DNA from: an uncultured Armatimonadia bacterium | GTDB taxonomy: Bacteria > Armatimonadota > Zipacnadia > CAVVLO01 | Reading direction: 5' to 3' | Assembly: GCA_963749155.1 (NCBI GenBank) | Contig: CAVVLO010000005.1 | Location: forward strand, 545,043-609,042 | DNA length: 64,000 nucleotides | Shown here: positions 1-8,536 of the stretch, piece by piece | Layout: every line of letters begins with the position of its first letter | How positions within the stretch are numbered: position 1 is the stretch's first letter | The notes under the pieces: generated by a model | Told to the model about the DNA's origin: nothing | Databases searched by the model: none | The model's input: the letters and a program-made list of their open reading frames with translations, nothing else | Translations under genes and position numbers: made by a program

Positions 1-529
1 AATAGGGAGAGGAGGAAAGATTCACCAGGAGCTGGCAGTCGCCAAGCAGAGCTTGCTCATGGGGCACCCCGCCCTGATACCAGAGGTCTTCGCAGATGGA
101 AACCCCAAAACGCAGCCCGTCGAGTTCGAAAACCAGGCTCTCCTTGCCCTGAGCGAAGTATCTGTTCTCATCGAAAACGCCATAATTGGGCAGATAATGC
201 TTGTTGTAGATGCCCAGCAGCTTGCCATCGGCCATCACTGCGGCGGCATTGTAGACGTCCCGATCGAAATGCGGGAAGCCGATGATGGCAATCAGGCCTT
301 TGGTCTCGGGTAGCAGGCTGCTGACCGCCTCGCCCGCCGCGGTGACGAACTGGGGCTTCAGCAGCAGGTCTTCGGGCGGATAGCCTGTGATGTATAGCTC
401 GGGAAAAACCACCAGGTCCGCTCCAAGCTGCCGCGCCTGGTGCAAAGCCTCTACGGCGCGCGCCCGATTGCCCGTTAGATCGCCAACTGTTGGGTTGAGC
501 TGAGCCAGCGCCAGCCTTAGCTGATTCAC
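1..529 (-). CDS. nadE: Glutamine-dependent NAD+ synthetase, N-terminal nitrilase (glutaminase) domain; runs off the window
   Basis: Manual translation from GTG at 529 (AGGAGG RBS upstream): MNQLRLALAQLNPTVGDLTGN...VVFPELYITGYPPEDLLLKP...NKHYLPNYGVFDENRYF...SICEDLW, the hallmark motifs of Gln-dependent NadE. Absent from the ORF track because no stop lies in the window. Confidence 0.93.
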   Translation of the reverse strand, partial: MNQLRLALAQLNPTVGDLTGNRARAVEALHQARQLGADLVVFPELYITGYPPEDLLLKPQFVTAAGEAVSSLLPETKGLIAIIGFPHFDRDVYNAAAVMADGKLLGIYNKHYLPNYGVFDENRYFAQGKESLVFELDGLRFGVSICEDLWYQGGVPHEQALLGDCQLLVNLSSSPY

Positions 530-640
530 GGTATCCTCCTGCTCTGCGAGGTTCTTCAAGATGATACTACCAGAAGCGGGAGGCTAACAAGTCAGGCATC
601 TCGGTTGCATACTTTCCCAGCGACAAAAAGGTACCGCTGG

Positions 641-649
641 TGCTACAAT
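641..649 (+). promoter_or_regulatory. Putative extended -10 promoter (TGcTACAAT) for the sufC/smsC operon
   Basis: TGCTACAAT about 50 nt upstream of the sufC start, in the divergent intergenic region. Confidence 0.4.
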
Positions 650-701
650 TGGCAGAGTCTGGCAGGAGCGTGAAAATAACAAAATGATGCAAAGGGATCC
701 G

Positions 702-1427
702 ATGCTTAAAATCGAGCAGTTGACGGCAGGGGTGGCCGACAAGGTCATCCTGCGCGACATAAACCTGGAGGTGCCAGAGGGAGAGGTCCACGCCCTTTTT
801 GGCCCCAATGGTTGCGGCAAGAGCACCCTTATGAGCACGATAATGGGCCTTGCCAATTACACGGTCTTCGAGGGGCGCATCTGGTTCCGCGGAGAGGACA
901 TTACCTATGCCAGCGTGGACGAACGCGCGCGGCTCGGCCTTGGGATGAGTTTCCAGAATCCCCCGCAGGTGACAGGGGTCGTTACCAGAGACTTCATCAC
1001 CCGCCTGCTTGGGGAGGACGGCGAGCGGGTCGAGGCGCTGGCGGCCAAGGTTAATATGAGCGATATGCTGGACCGGGAGCTGAACGTCGGCCTGTCGGGC
1101 GGCGAGCGCAAACGCAGCGAACTGTTGCAGCTGCTTGCCCAGCAACCCAGTATGATTCTGCTGGACGAGCCTGAATCTGGCGTCGACCTCGTCAATATCG
1201 AGCTTGTCGGTAGCACCATCAGCGAGTTGTTGCAGCGCAAGAAGCACAGGCAGAAGGAGCGCTCTGGCCTGGTCATCACTCATACCGGGCTCATCCTCAA
1301 TTATCTCAATGCCGACCGGGGCTGGGTAATGCTGGAGGGGCAAATCCGCTGCTGCGGCAACCCACGCGACATCTTCGAGCAGATTCAGAAAGTGGGCTAT
1401 GAGGAGTGCACCCGATGCGAGAACTGA
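702..1427 (+). CDS. sufC: Fe-S cluster assembly ABC ATPase SufC (SmsC-type, C-terminal CxxC)
   Basis: Walker A GPNGCGKS, signature LSGGERKR, Walker B ILLDE, VITH; C-terminus GYEECTRCEN. Confidence 0.93.
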   Translation: MLKIEQLTAGVADKVILRDINLEVPEGEVHALFGPNGCGKSTLMSTIMGLANYTVFEGRIWFRGEDITYASVDERARLGLGMSFQNPPQVTGVVTRDFITRLLGEDGERVEALAAKVNMSDMLDRELNVGLSGGERKRSELLQLLAQQPSMILLDEPESGVDLVNIELVGSTISELLQRKKHRQKERSGLVITHTGLILNYLNADRGWVMLEGQIRCCGNPRDIFEQIQKVGYEECTRCEN

Positions 1428-2524
1428 ACACCATCGAATCCAACGATAGCAGTCGGATGCTCGGAGTAGGCGTGGACCTGGCTCATTCCAAACCGCGCAG
1501 TGGCACCTTCGTGCAGGTGGACCAGAAGGTAATGCAGCCTTCGGTAACGGATGAAGGTCTCGAGATAATGGACCTCTTCGATGCCCTCAACACCTACGAC
1601 TGGGTCGAACCGCTGCTGTGGACGCTGGTGAGCAAGGACAAGGACGAATTTACGAAACTGGCCGCCGAGGCAGAGCCCCACGGGTATTTTATCCGCGCAC
1701 TGCCTGGCGCCAAAATCGCAAATCCCGTCCAGGCTTGCCTGTATACGCGCACCGAGAAGCATATCCAGCTTGTGCACAATATGATTATCGCGGAAGAGGA
1801 CTCTGACCTGACGATAATCACCGGCTGCGCAACAGGCGCCTCGGTCAAGTCGGCCCAGCATGTGGGCGTCTCGGAGCTTTTCGTGAGAAAAAACGCCAAG
1901 CTGACCTTCAGTATGATCCATCACTGGGCTGAAGAAGTGAAAGTGCGGCCGCGAAGCGTCACTCAGGTGGAGGAAGGCGGCACTTTCATCAACAATTACA
2001 TCTGTATGAAGCCTGTGCGCGATGTACAGATGTATCCGAACGTCAAGCTGATAGGCGAGGGAGCGCGCTGCACACTGGGCAGCACGCTGGTAGGCCTGCC
2101 AGGCAGCTTGCTGGATATCGGAGGGGGAGTTGAACTGCTGGCGCCGAATACCCGGGCTGACATCATCAGCCGCACAGTGGGGAAGGGCGGGCGGATAATC
2201 GCCCGCGGCCGGATGATAGGGGCGGCAGACGGCTGCAAAGGTCATCTCGAATGTCGCGGACTTATGCTTACCAACTCCGGCGGGCTGCTGGCAGTGCCGG
2301 AGCTCGATGCGACCGCGCAAAATGTCGAGCTTTCCCACGAGGCCGCGGTTGGCAAGATAGCCCAGGAGCAGATTGACTATCTCACCTCTCGCGGCCTGAC
2401 CAGCGACGAGGCGGTTCAGATGATTATCAGAGGCTTCCTCTCGGTCAAGATAGAGGGACTGCCCGCAGAGCTCGAGCAGGAAATCCAGGAGGTGCTGGAC
2501 CTCAGCGCCGAGGAGGGCCTGTAA
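1415..2524 (+). CDS. sufB: Fe-S cluster assembly scaffold, SufB/SufD family (SmsB-type)
   Basis: Beta-helix motifs GHLECRGLML, PELDA, SHEAAVGKIAQEQIDYLTSRGL..DEA..MIIRGFL; short (~370 aa) form overlapping the sufC stop. Confidence 0.92.
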   Translation: MRELNTIESNDSSRMLGVGVDLAHSKPRSGTFVQVDQKVMQPSVTDEGLEIMDLFDALNTYDWVEPLLWTLVSKDKDEFTKLAAEAEPHGYFIRALPGAKIANPVQACLYTRTEKHIQLVHNMIIAEEDSDLTIITGCATGASVKSAQHVGVSELFVRKNAKLTFSMIHHWAEEVKVRPRSVTQVEEGGTFINNYICMKPVRDVQMYPNVKLIGEGARCTLGSTLVGLPGSLLDIGGGVELLAPNTRADIISRTVGKGGRIIARGRMIGAADGCKGHLECRGLMLTNSGGLLAVPELDATAQNVELSHEAAVGKIAQEQIDYLTSRGLTSDEAVQMIIRGFLSVKIEGLPAELEQEIQEVLDLSAEEGL

Positions 2525-2530
2525 AGGCCT

Positions 2531-3184
2531 ATGAGCGATAACGAACAGCCAGGCGAAGAGCAACAGCCAGCGATTGAGCCTGAGGCGGAAAACGCCCCGC
2601 TAGTGCTCAGCGCCGATGATTTTGCCGAGGAAGAAGACCTGCCGCCCGCCCCGCCAGCGGCTCAGCCAGGCAGCGCGCCACTCGTCCTCGACAAGGCCGA
2701 GTTGCTGGCCGAGCCTGAACCTCCCTTTGCGCCGGCGCCGGCCGGAGGCGCAGTGTTCGAGCAGGGGCAAGGTTTTTTGCCTGTCAGGATGCTGGCTGCT
2801 TGCACCAAAGAGGGCAAGCCATATGCCTTGCTGTTCAAGCCCAATAACGATGGCACTATGAGCTGCATCGGAGATGAGCCCTTGCCAGAGGGCGCAGGCT
2901 TCAATCCGAACGATTTCAAGGAGCAGATGGGCCGCGAGGAAGTCGTTGCCAAGGGCGGCTTTCTTATGGACCAGTATCAGGGCTGTCCTTTCTGCGGCAG
3001 TCGGCAATATGCCCTGTGCAGTTGCGGCACCGCAATGTGCACTGGCGGGCTGCGTCGCGGGCTGCTCAGGAGTAGTATCAAGTGTCCTGTCTGCGGCAAC
3101 GAAGGCACGGTCGACAAAAGGCCCGTGACGCGCGGTGTGCAGTATGGGGGCGGGGGAAAATCGGGCAAGTTCCGAAGCAAATGA
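2531..3184 (+). CDS. Stand-alone TerY-C-like Cys-rich metal-binding protein with an acidic/Pro-rich N-terminus
   Basis: LAACTKEGKPYALLF ... GCPFCGSRQYALCSCGTAMC ... IKCPVCG matches the TerY_C Cys pattern; 6 bp downstream of sufB. Confidence 0.7.
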   Translation: MSDNEQPGEEQQPAIEPEAENAPLVLSADDFAEEEDLPPAPPAAQPGSAPLVLDKAELLAEPEPPFAPAPAGGAVFEQGQGFLPVRMLAACTKEGKPYALLFKPNNDGTMSCIGDEPLPEGAGFNPNDFKEQMGREEVVAKGGFLMDQYQGCPFCGSRQYALCSCGTAMCTGGLRRGLLRSSIKCPVCGNEGTVDKRPVTRGVQYGGGGKSGKFRSK

Positions 3185-3210
3185 GAAAGCTATTTTCGGG
3201 GGGCACGTAT

Positions 3211-4221
3211 ATGCGACGGCTTCTTTGCTTCCTGGTTTTACTGACGGCGCTGGTGTTCGTTACAGGCTGTGCTGGGCTTAGCACACCTGAGGAACTGGTG
3301 CAGAAAGGTTTTGAAAGCCTCGATAGTGGCAGTTTCGATCAGGCGGAGTCTGCAGCCAATCTGGCGCTGAAGAAGCAGCCCACCTGCGCCGATGCTTATA
3401 TCATCCTGGCTGAAGTGGCTTCCAAGCGCGGGCAAGGAGACCAGGCCGCTGATTTTTCCAAAAAGGCCGCCGAGCTTGCCCCCGATCAGGCCAAACTGCG
3501 CAAGCACGCCGGGATGTTCGCTCTTAAGGCCGAACGCTGGGACGATGCCTACAGGCTGCTAGCCGAATTCGCTGACAAGGGCGATCTCGCGATGACGCTG
3601 GGTTATGCCGATGCCGCAGTCAAGACCAACCACGCCGAGGAAGCAGTAGAGCTGGTAGAGCGTATCGCCGCCAATTCAAGCGATACCAGAGCTTACACCA
3701 AGCTGGGAGAGCTTAATTATGCGGCAGGCTTCAAGCGCGACGCCATAGAGGCTTATCGTAAGGCGCTCGAGCTCGATCCCACCAATATGATTGCCGCCAA
3801 CAACCTGGCCTATAGCTACGCCGAGAACGGAGAAGACCTCGACCGCGCCAAGCAACTTGCCGAAGAGGCGGTCGCAAGCGCCAGAACCAATCCCAATTAC
3901 CTGGATACCCTGGGCTATGTGAGGTGGAAGCGCGGCGAGACAAAGCCGGCTATCCAGGCCTTCGAGCAGGCTGTGCGTATTCAACCAATCCCCATCAGGC
4001 GCGCTCATTTCGGGATGGCTTTGGCCAAAGAGAAAATTGCCCGCCCGCGGGCTTTCCGCGAGATTTCTTTTGCCCTGCGCGAGGAGCCCGAACTCGCTCA
4101 GGATGCCGAGATCCTGGCTGCGGCAGTAGACCTGGGCGTTACGGATAGCCAGGGCAACCTGCTGGCGGGAACTCCCATCCCGAAAGAGCCGGAATCAGCC
4201 CCCAGTACCACTAGCCCGTAA
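3211..4221 (+). CDS. TPR-repeat lipoprotein
   Basis: Signal peptide II with lipobox VTGC; multiple TPRs (AYTKLGELNY..G...AIEAYRKALELDP; NNLAY; YLDTLGYV). Confidence 0.85.
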   Translation: MRRLLCFLVLLTALVFVTGCAGLSTPEELVQKGFESLDSGSFDQAESAANLALKKQPTCADAYIILAEVASKRGQGDQAADFSKKAAELAPDQAKLRKHAGMFALKAERWDDAYRLLAEFADKGDLAMTLGYADAAVKTNHAEEAVELVERIAANSSDTRAYTKLGELNYAAGFKRDAIEAYRKALELDPTNMIAANNLAYSYAENGEDLDRAKQLAEEAVASARTNPNYLDTLGYVRWKRGETKPAIQAFEQAVRIQPIPIRRAHFGMALAKEKIARPRAFREISFALREEPELAQDAEILAAAVDLGVTDSQGNLLAGTPIPKEPESAPSTTSP

Positions 4222-7200
4222 AACCACAACCTCTTCGGCTCCAAGAGTGAACTCGGCTGCCAGGCCTTGCGCTGTAAAGCCGGGCAGTGCTTCGGGCAGT
4301 ACAGGCAAGAGGCGCGTTGCTGGCCCAAAATAACCGGCCTCCAGCCTCAGTTCGACCTGGGCAGGCGCCTGGCCGAAATTGAAGACTGTCAGATAGCACT
4401 CGCCACTCTCCAGACTGCCATAGCGTTCCACGCCAATCTGCTCGCCGGCCGCCTTCGCCTGGGTGACCGGCTGCCAGCCCGCCTGCTGCAGGCTCTTTAT
4501 CACTGGGATATACCTGACAAACAGCGGCCGGTCGCGGTTATAGAGGGCTGGATTCTCAAAATAACAATCTGTCGCCGCGTTCTCGCTGAAGAAACCAGGG
4601 AAGGTCGCAAAGTGCGCGCAACGCTTGAAATAGCGTTCCACCAGTTCGTGGCTGAAGTCGTCATAATGAGTGTTCTGCAGCAGCAGATAAGGCTTCTGAT
4701 AGGATAGCGCCCTGCGCAGGTTGAACCAGTCGCGACTGTCGGGAGTCCAATGGCCACCGGGATTCCAGTTGGTCTCTATCCCCGCCGCATCGAGATAAGG
4801 CATAAAGTGATACCAGCGCATTGGCGTCGTGTTGGCCATCATCAGCTTGTCGCGTTCGATAAGCCAGCTCGAGAGGTCGGCCAAAAACGCCTGGGTTGCG
4901 AATATCAACGGTATGGCCGGCTGGTGAGTGCTGGCGTCGAAACAGAGGGGGAAGGAGGCGTTTTCCAGATGGTCCGGGCGCAAGTCCACATCATCGGAGG
5001 CCATCTCGCTGCTGTCTATATAGATGCCATCCAGCTCCGCTTGCTGCTCCTGACCGCTAAAATCGCCATCTTTCAGCAGATTCTCCTGGCTGTCCTCATA
5101 CCGGACAGCAACCTCGTCAAACCAGGCAGTGCCAGTCTTGTCACCGCGCAGCAGCAGGTGCACGGCCAGCGATTTGAGAGGCTTCTCGGGGCGGATTATA
5201 TGTTCGCCATACTGCCAGTCATGAGTGCCAGTCGCAAAGGGCACCACCTGGCCGAACAGGTCAGAGCCATCTTCGTACTTCGCGTCGACGTAAAGGCTGA
5301 AATCGGCGCCAGGCTCGCCGGTAACGCCTTCGGCTTTGCACCAGGCCCCAAGCACGAGGGGCTTGGCCGAGGGCTCGGGCAGGCTGAAGCGCTGGATAAT
5401 ATAGATTTCCCTTTCGCCCTCGGCTCTCAGAACGCGCAAGGAGGAGCCAGAACGACTGATGGCGTTATCGATGGTAGCCTGGCCATTGACGGTCCAGGCT
5501 CCAAAGCTTGCAGAACTGCCGGCCTCGAAGGCGCCATAAAGCTGTTCCTGCTCGATCTGGGCCTTGGTAATCCTGCCTGCTGGCGCCGTGATGCCAGGGT
5601 CGGGGCTGACGATGAACATCCCTCCGCTGGCCCAGGGCACTTCCGCAGGCACAAAAGCGAGCTGCCCACTGGCGTCCCAGATGCCACTTGTTAGAGCGAA
5701 CTGAGCGCCTCTGTCTCCTCCATCGGCGCGTCGCTCGACTTCCTCCACCACTGGTCCCAGCTCGCGAGAATAGTCCTTGGGCAGGTTTATCCAGAAAGAG
5801 GTCGGCTCGGTGTATACGAAAGAAAGGATGTCATGAGCGTCATCCCAGGCCACATTGTTGTTGCCCTCGTGGAACATAAAGCCGAAATCAGCAGGTTGCT
5901 GGACGGTGGAGATATCAGTGAAGGCCATCCACAGGCCTGACTGGTCGGTGCGCTTGGCGAAACTGGCCGGATAAACGCGATAGTAAGCCTCCAGCGCGCC
6001 TCTGAAGTCCCACTCGGGCCTGAAGGTAAACAGGCTGAAGGCAAAGGGAGCGCGCGAGGGATATCTTCTGTGAGTGGGCAGCAGGCCAAAATCGAGAGCC
6101 ACTTGCAGCTCCATCGCGGCCCCATCGTAGCGCCCGCGCCAAAGCTGAGGCGTCTCCATCGGTACGCCAACCGCCAGGCCGACCGGGCCTGCGATCGGGG
6201 CTAGTGGATAAATCGAATGCTGACCAAGCGCTCCGGCCCCGCACCGCGCAAACCGCGCATAATCGGCGGCGTCTTCGATTGGGCGACTCTGGTCAGCCTG
6301 CTCACAGAACCGCCAGCCCTCGGCGTCAACCGGCAAGCCGAAATAGACCGTTATCGCCCTCGGCTTGCCTGTCGTGTCGCGCACCTCGCCCTGGGCGTAG
6401 ATAGCAGGGCCGGTGGCGTCGAGGGTAGCAGTCAGTGTAAGCCCGAGCGGCTCGCAGGCGCCTTCGAAGGTGACCTGGTCGCCGGAGGTGCGATGGACCA
6501 CGCCCCGGAACCAGTGCGCAGCTCCGCCAGCTGCAACGTCGCGCGCGAAGAAGCCCCCCGGCGCGCGAGGGGCAGCTCCTCGCCGTTTACTAGGCAGCTC
6601 GCAGACTTCTCCGGTAGCGCCATCGAGGGTAAGCCCAAGGCCTGAGGTATTCTCGAGATGCACTGGATCTTTAATCGAGCCAACTGCTTCAGGGGCCGGA
6701 GGCTTGTAGAAGCCCCCATCCAGCAGATAGCTGTTGGTGGCGCCTTGCAGCACCGAGAGGCTCGCGTCATCGAACCAGGCCGTGCCTGTCTTCCACCGCA
6801 ACAGCAAGTGCATCGTGATGCGTTTGACTGGCTTGGTGGGGAAGACCATCACATGGGCCTGCTGCCAGTCGTGCGTGCCTGGCGCGAAGGCTGCGGTCTG
6901 GCCCCAAAGGTTATCTCCATCGGCATATTCGATATCCAGATAGACCGAATACCCAGGATTGGCGGGACCGGTGACGTCTTCAGCTTTGCTCCAGGCACTG
7001 GCGAGGATCGGCGCCTGCACGGGCTGATCGAAGGTGAGGGACTGCGAGATGCCAGTTTCCACGTCATCTGAAGGGGGAGAGAGCCTGGCGCAGGCTGAAC
7101 CCTCGCGCCCTTCGCTGGTCAGCTCAAAGCCAGAGGCCCACGGTCCCCAGCCTTCGACTGAATCGAAGCCAGGATTCAGGAGCAGATTGGCGCCAGATTG

Positions 7201-7308
7201 TTCATCAGCGGGTTCTCGCGCAACCAGGCCTGCAGCAAGGGCAGAGGTAGCAACCAGCAGCAGCAACAAGCTAAAGGTCAATTTCAACGACCAGCAGGGC
7301 AGGCTCAT
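4195..7308 (-). CDS. Large secreted putative glycoside hydrolase with two CBM4/9-like (galactose-binding-like) domains
   Basis: Signal peptide; two GTHDWQ...HLLLR..TGTAWFD jelly-roll repeats; TIM-barrel-like DGIYIDS segment. Confidence 0.65.
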   Translation of the reverse strand: MSLPCWSLKLTFSLLLLLVATSALAAGLVAREPADEQSGANLLLNPGFDSVEGWGPWASGFELTSEGREGSACARLSPPSDDVETGISQSLTFDQPVQAPILASAWSKAEDVTGPANPGYSVYLDIEYADGDNLWGQTAAFAPGTHDWQQAHVMVFPTKPVKRITMHLLLRWKTGTAWFDDASLSVLQGATNSYLLDGGFYKPPAPEAVGSIKDPVHLENTSGLGLTLDGATGEVCELPSKRRGAAPRAPGGFFARDVAAGGAAHWFRGVVHRTSGDQVTFEGACEPLGLTLTATLDATGPAIYAQGEVRDTTGKPRAITVYFGLPVDAEGWRFCEQADQSRPIEDAADYARFARCGAGALGQHSIYPLAPIAGPVGLAVGVPMETPQLWRGRYDGAAMELQVALDFGLLPTHRRYPSRAPFAFSLFTFRPEWDFRGALEAYYRVYPASFAKRTDQSGLWMAFTDISTVQQPADFGFMFHEGNNNVAWDDAHDILSFVYTEPTSFWINLPKDYSRELGPVVEEVERRADGGDRGAQFALTSGIWDASGQLAFVPAEVPWASGGMFIVSPDPGITAPAGRITKAQIEQEQLYGAFEAGSSASFGAWTVNGQATIDNAISRSGSSLRVLRAEGEREIYIIQRFSLPEPSAKPLVLGAWCKAEGVTGEPGADFSLYVDAKYEDGSDLFGQVVPFATGTHDWQYGEHIIRPEKPLKSLAVHLLLRGDKTGTAWFDEVAVRYEDSQENLLKDGDFSGQEQQAELDGIYIDSSEMASDDVDLRPDHLENASFPLCFDASTHQPAIPLIFATQAFLADLSSWLIERDKLMMANTTPMRWYHFMPYLDAAGIETNWNPGGHWTPDSRDWFNLRRALSYQKPYLLLQNTHYDDFSHELVERYFKRCAHFATFPGFFSENAATDCYFENPALYNRDRPLFVRYIPVIKSLQQAGWQPVTQAKAAGEQIGVERYGSLESGECYLTVFNFGQAPAQVELRLEAGYFGPATRLLPVLPEALPGFTAQGLAAEFTLGAEEVVVLRASGTGG

Positions 7309-8014
7309 TTGTAGGTCCCTCCAGTAGAAAGTCTCCCTCGGGACAGCAGACCAGGCTGTCGCCTTGAAGTATTCGGCCCGCCCAGGGGCCTTCCGTTACG
7401 GCGCCCACAGAATCGGCTCCGATCAGCCAGACTTTGGATTCCTGGCAACGCGCCTGGTAGTAGGCCTTCAGGCTGGCCAGGTTGGCAGCTTCACCGCCAG
7501 GCTCTACAGCCCAGGCGACGGGGGAGAAGATCACCTTGCAACCCATCCGGGCAAGAGAGGCGGTCAACTCGGGCACGAAGGCGTCCGCGCAGATATGCAG
7601 GCCAACAAGCCCGAAATCTGGAGTGGGGATCGCCTGCAGCTTCCAGCCGCGCGTGTAGGGGGGTACCCCGACCTCCAGCTCATTAATCTTGTCGAAGACG
7701 AAGCGGAGCTTTCCAGCCCTGTCGAGGAAAATCGCACTATTGAAAACTTTGCCGCCTTCCTTGCGCGTAAGCCCCGAGATGATGTTTATCCGGTGCTCGC
7801 GAGCCTTGCCAACGAGGGCATTGGTCCACACCCCAGGCAGGGACTCGGCCTGCAGCCGCGCGGCCTCAGAAAGCCACCCCAAATCGCAGGCCTCGGGCAA
7901 CACGACGAAGTCGGCGCGGTTCTCGGCGGCCAAATCGACCATCGCGAGGGCGCGTTCAAGATTGGCCTGCCTGTTGCTGTACTCGACCAGGAGCTGTGCC
8001 AGGGCTACCCTCAA
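7271..8014 (-). CDS. Carbon-nitrogen hydrolase (nitrilase family)
   Basis: MRVALAQL start; catalytic triad motifs VLPE, FDK, ICAD. Confidence 0.88.
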   Translation of the reverse strand: MRVALAQLLVEYSNRQANLERALAMVDLAAENRADFVVLPEACDLGWLSEAARLQAESLPGVWTNALVGKAREHRINIISGLTRKEGGKVFNSAIFLDRAGKLRFVFDKINELEVGVPPYTRGWKLQAIPTPDFGLVGLHICADAFVPELTASLARMGCKVIFSPVAWAVEPGGEAANLASLKAYYQARCQESKVWLIGADSVGAVTEGPWAGRILQGDSLVCCPEGDFLLEGPTNEPALLVVEIDL

Positions 8015-8068
8015 GAGGGGCCACCTCCACCAAGTGGAATACGTAGATGATAATCGAGGAGGCGCGAT

Positions 8069-8425
8069 ATGTCAGCAAGTGAAAAGCCAAAAGCTATCGT
8101 CCGCCACATTAAAGATGCCCCGACCGTGCCTTGCCTGTGCGGTGAAAGCACTCGCCCCATCACCCGGGCCGATACGCCGCTTGCCAACTTCCACGTGACC
8201 CATATTATGGACTCTCGCAAGCATTACCACGAGCGTTGCACGGAAATCTACTACATCCTTGAAGGGGAGGGCTTCCTCGAACTGGACGAAGAGGAAGTCG
8301 TCCTCAGCCCCGGCCTGGTTGTGCTTATACCAGCTGGCGTGGCGCATCGCGGCAGAGGCGATTTCCGCTCGGTAATTGTGGGAATGCCGGCGCAACACCC
8401 AGAAGATGAAGTGCTCGTTGACTAG
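8069..8425 (+). CDS. Cupin domain protein
   Basis: HYH...EIYYILEGEG and IPAGVAH cupin motifs; N-terminal CLCG. Confidence 0.88.
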   Translation: MSASEKPKAIVRHIKDAPTVPCLCGESTRPITRADTPLANFHVTHIMDSRKHYHERCTEIYYILEGEGFLELDEEEVVLSPGLVVLIPAGVAHRGRGDFRSVIVGMPAQHPEDEVLVD

Positions 8426-8429
8426 TGGG

Positions 8430-8475
8430 GGCGTGGGGGCGCGGAGCGTAGCTCACGGATGCCCCCGCGCCTTTC
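8430..8475 (+). terminator. GC-rich stem-loop between the convergent cupin and isomerase genes
   Basis: GGCGTGGGGGC ... GCCCCCGCGCC arms followed by TTTCC. Confidence 0.45.
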
Positions 8476-8536
8476 CTGCCTTCCAGTTTATATTTCTATC
8501 CTGTCATAAGCCCGGTCTTGCCACTAGAAGAACCTC

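Noticed and set aside
567..2563. Long antisense ORFs (567-1343, 1397-2563; likewise 9604-10689, 24139-25245, 41717-42859, 44159-45124)
   Set aside because: Shadow frames opposite well-supported genes in GC-rich DNA, with no recognisable motifs.
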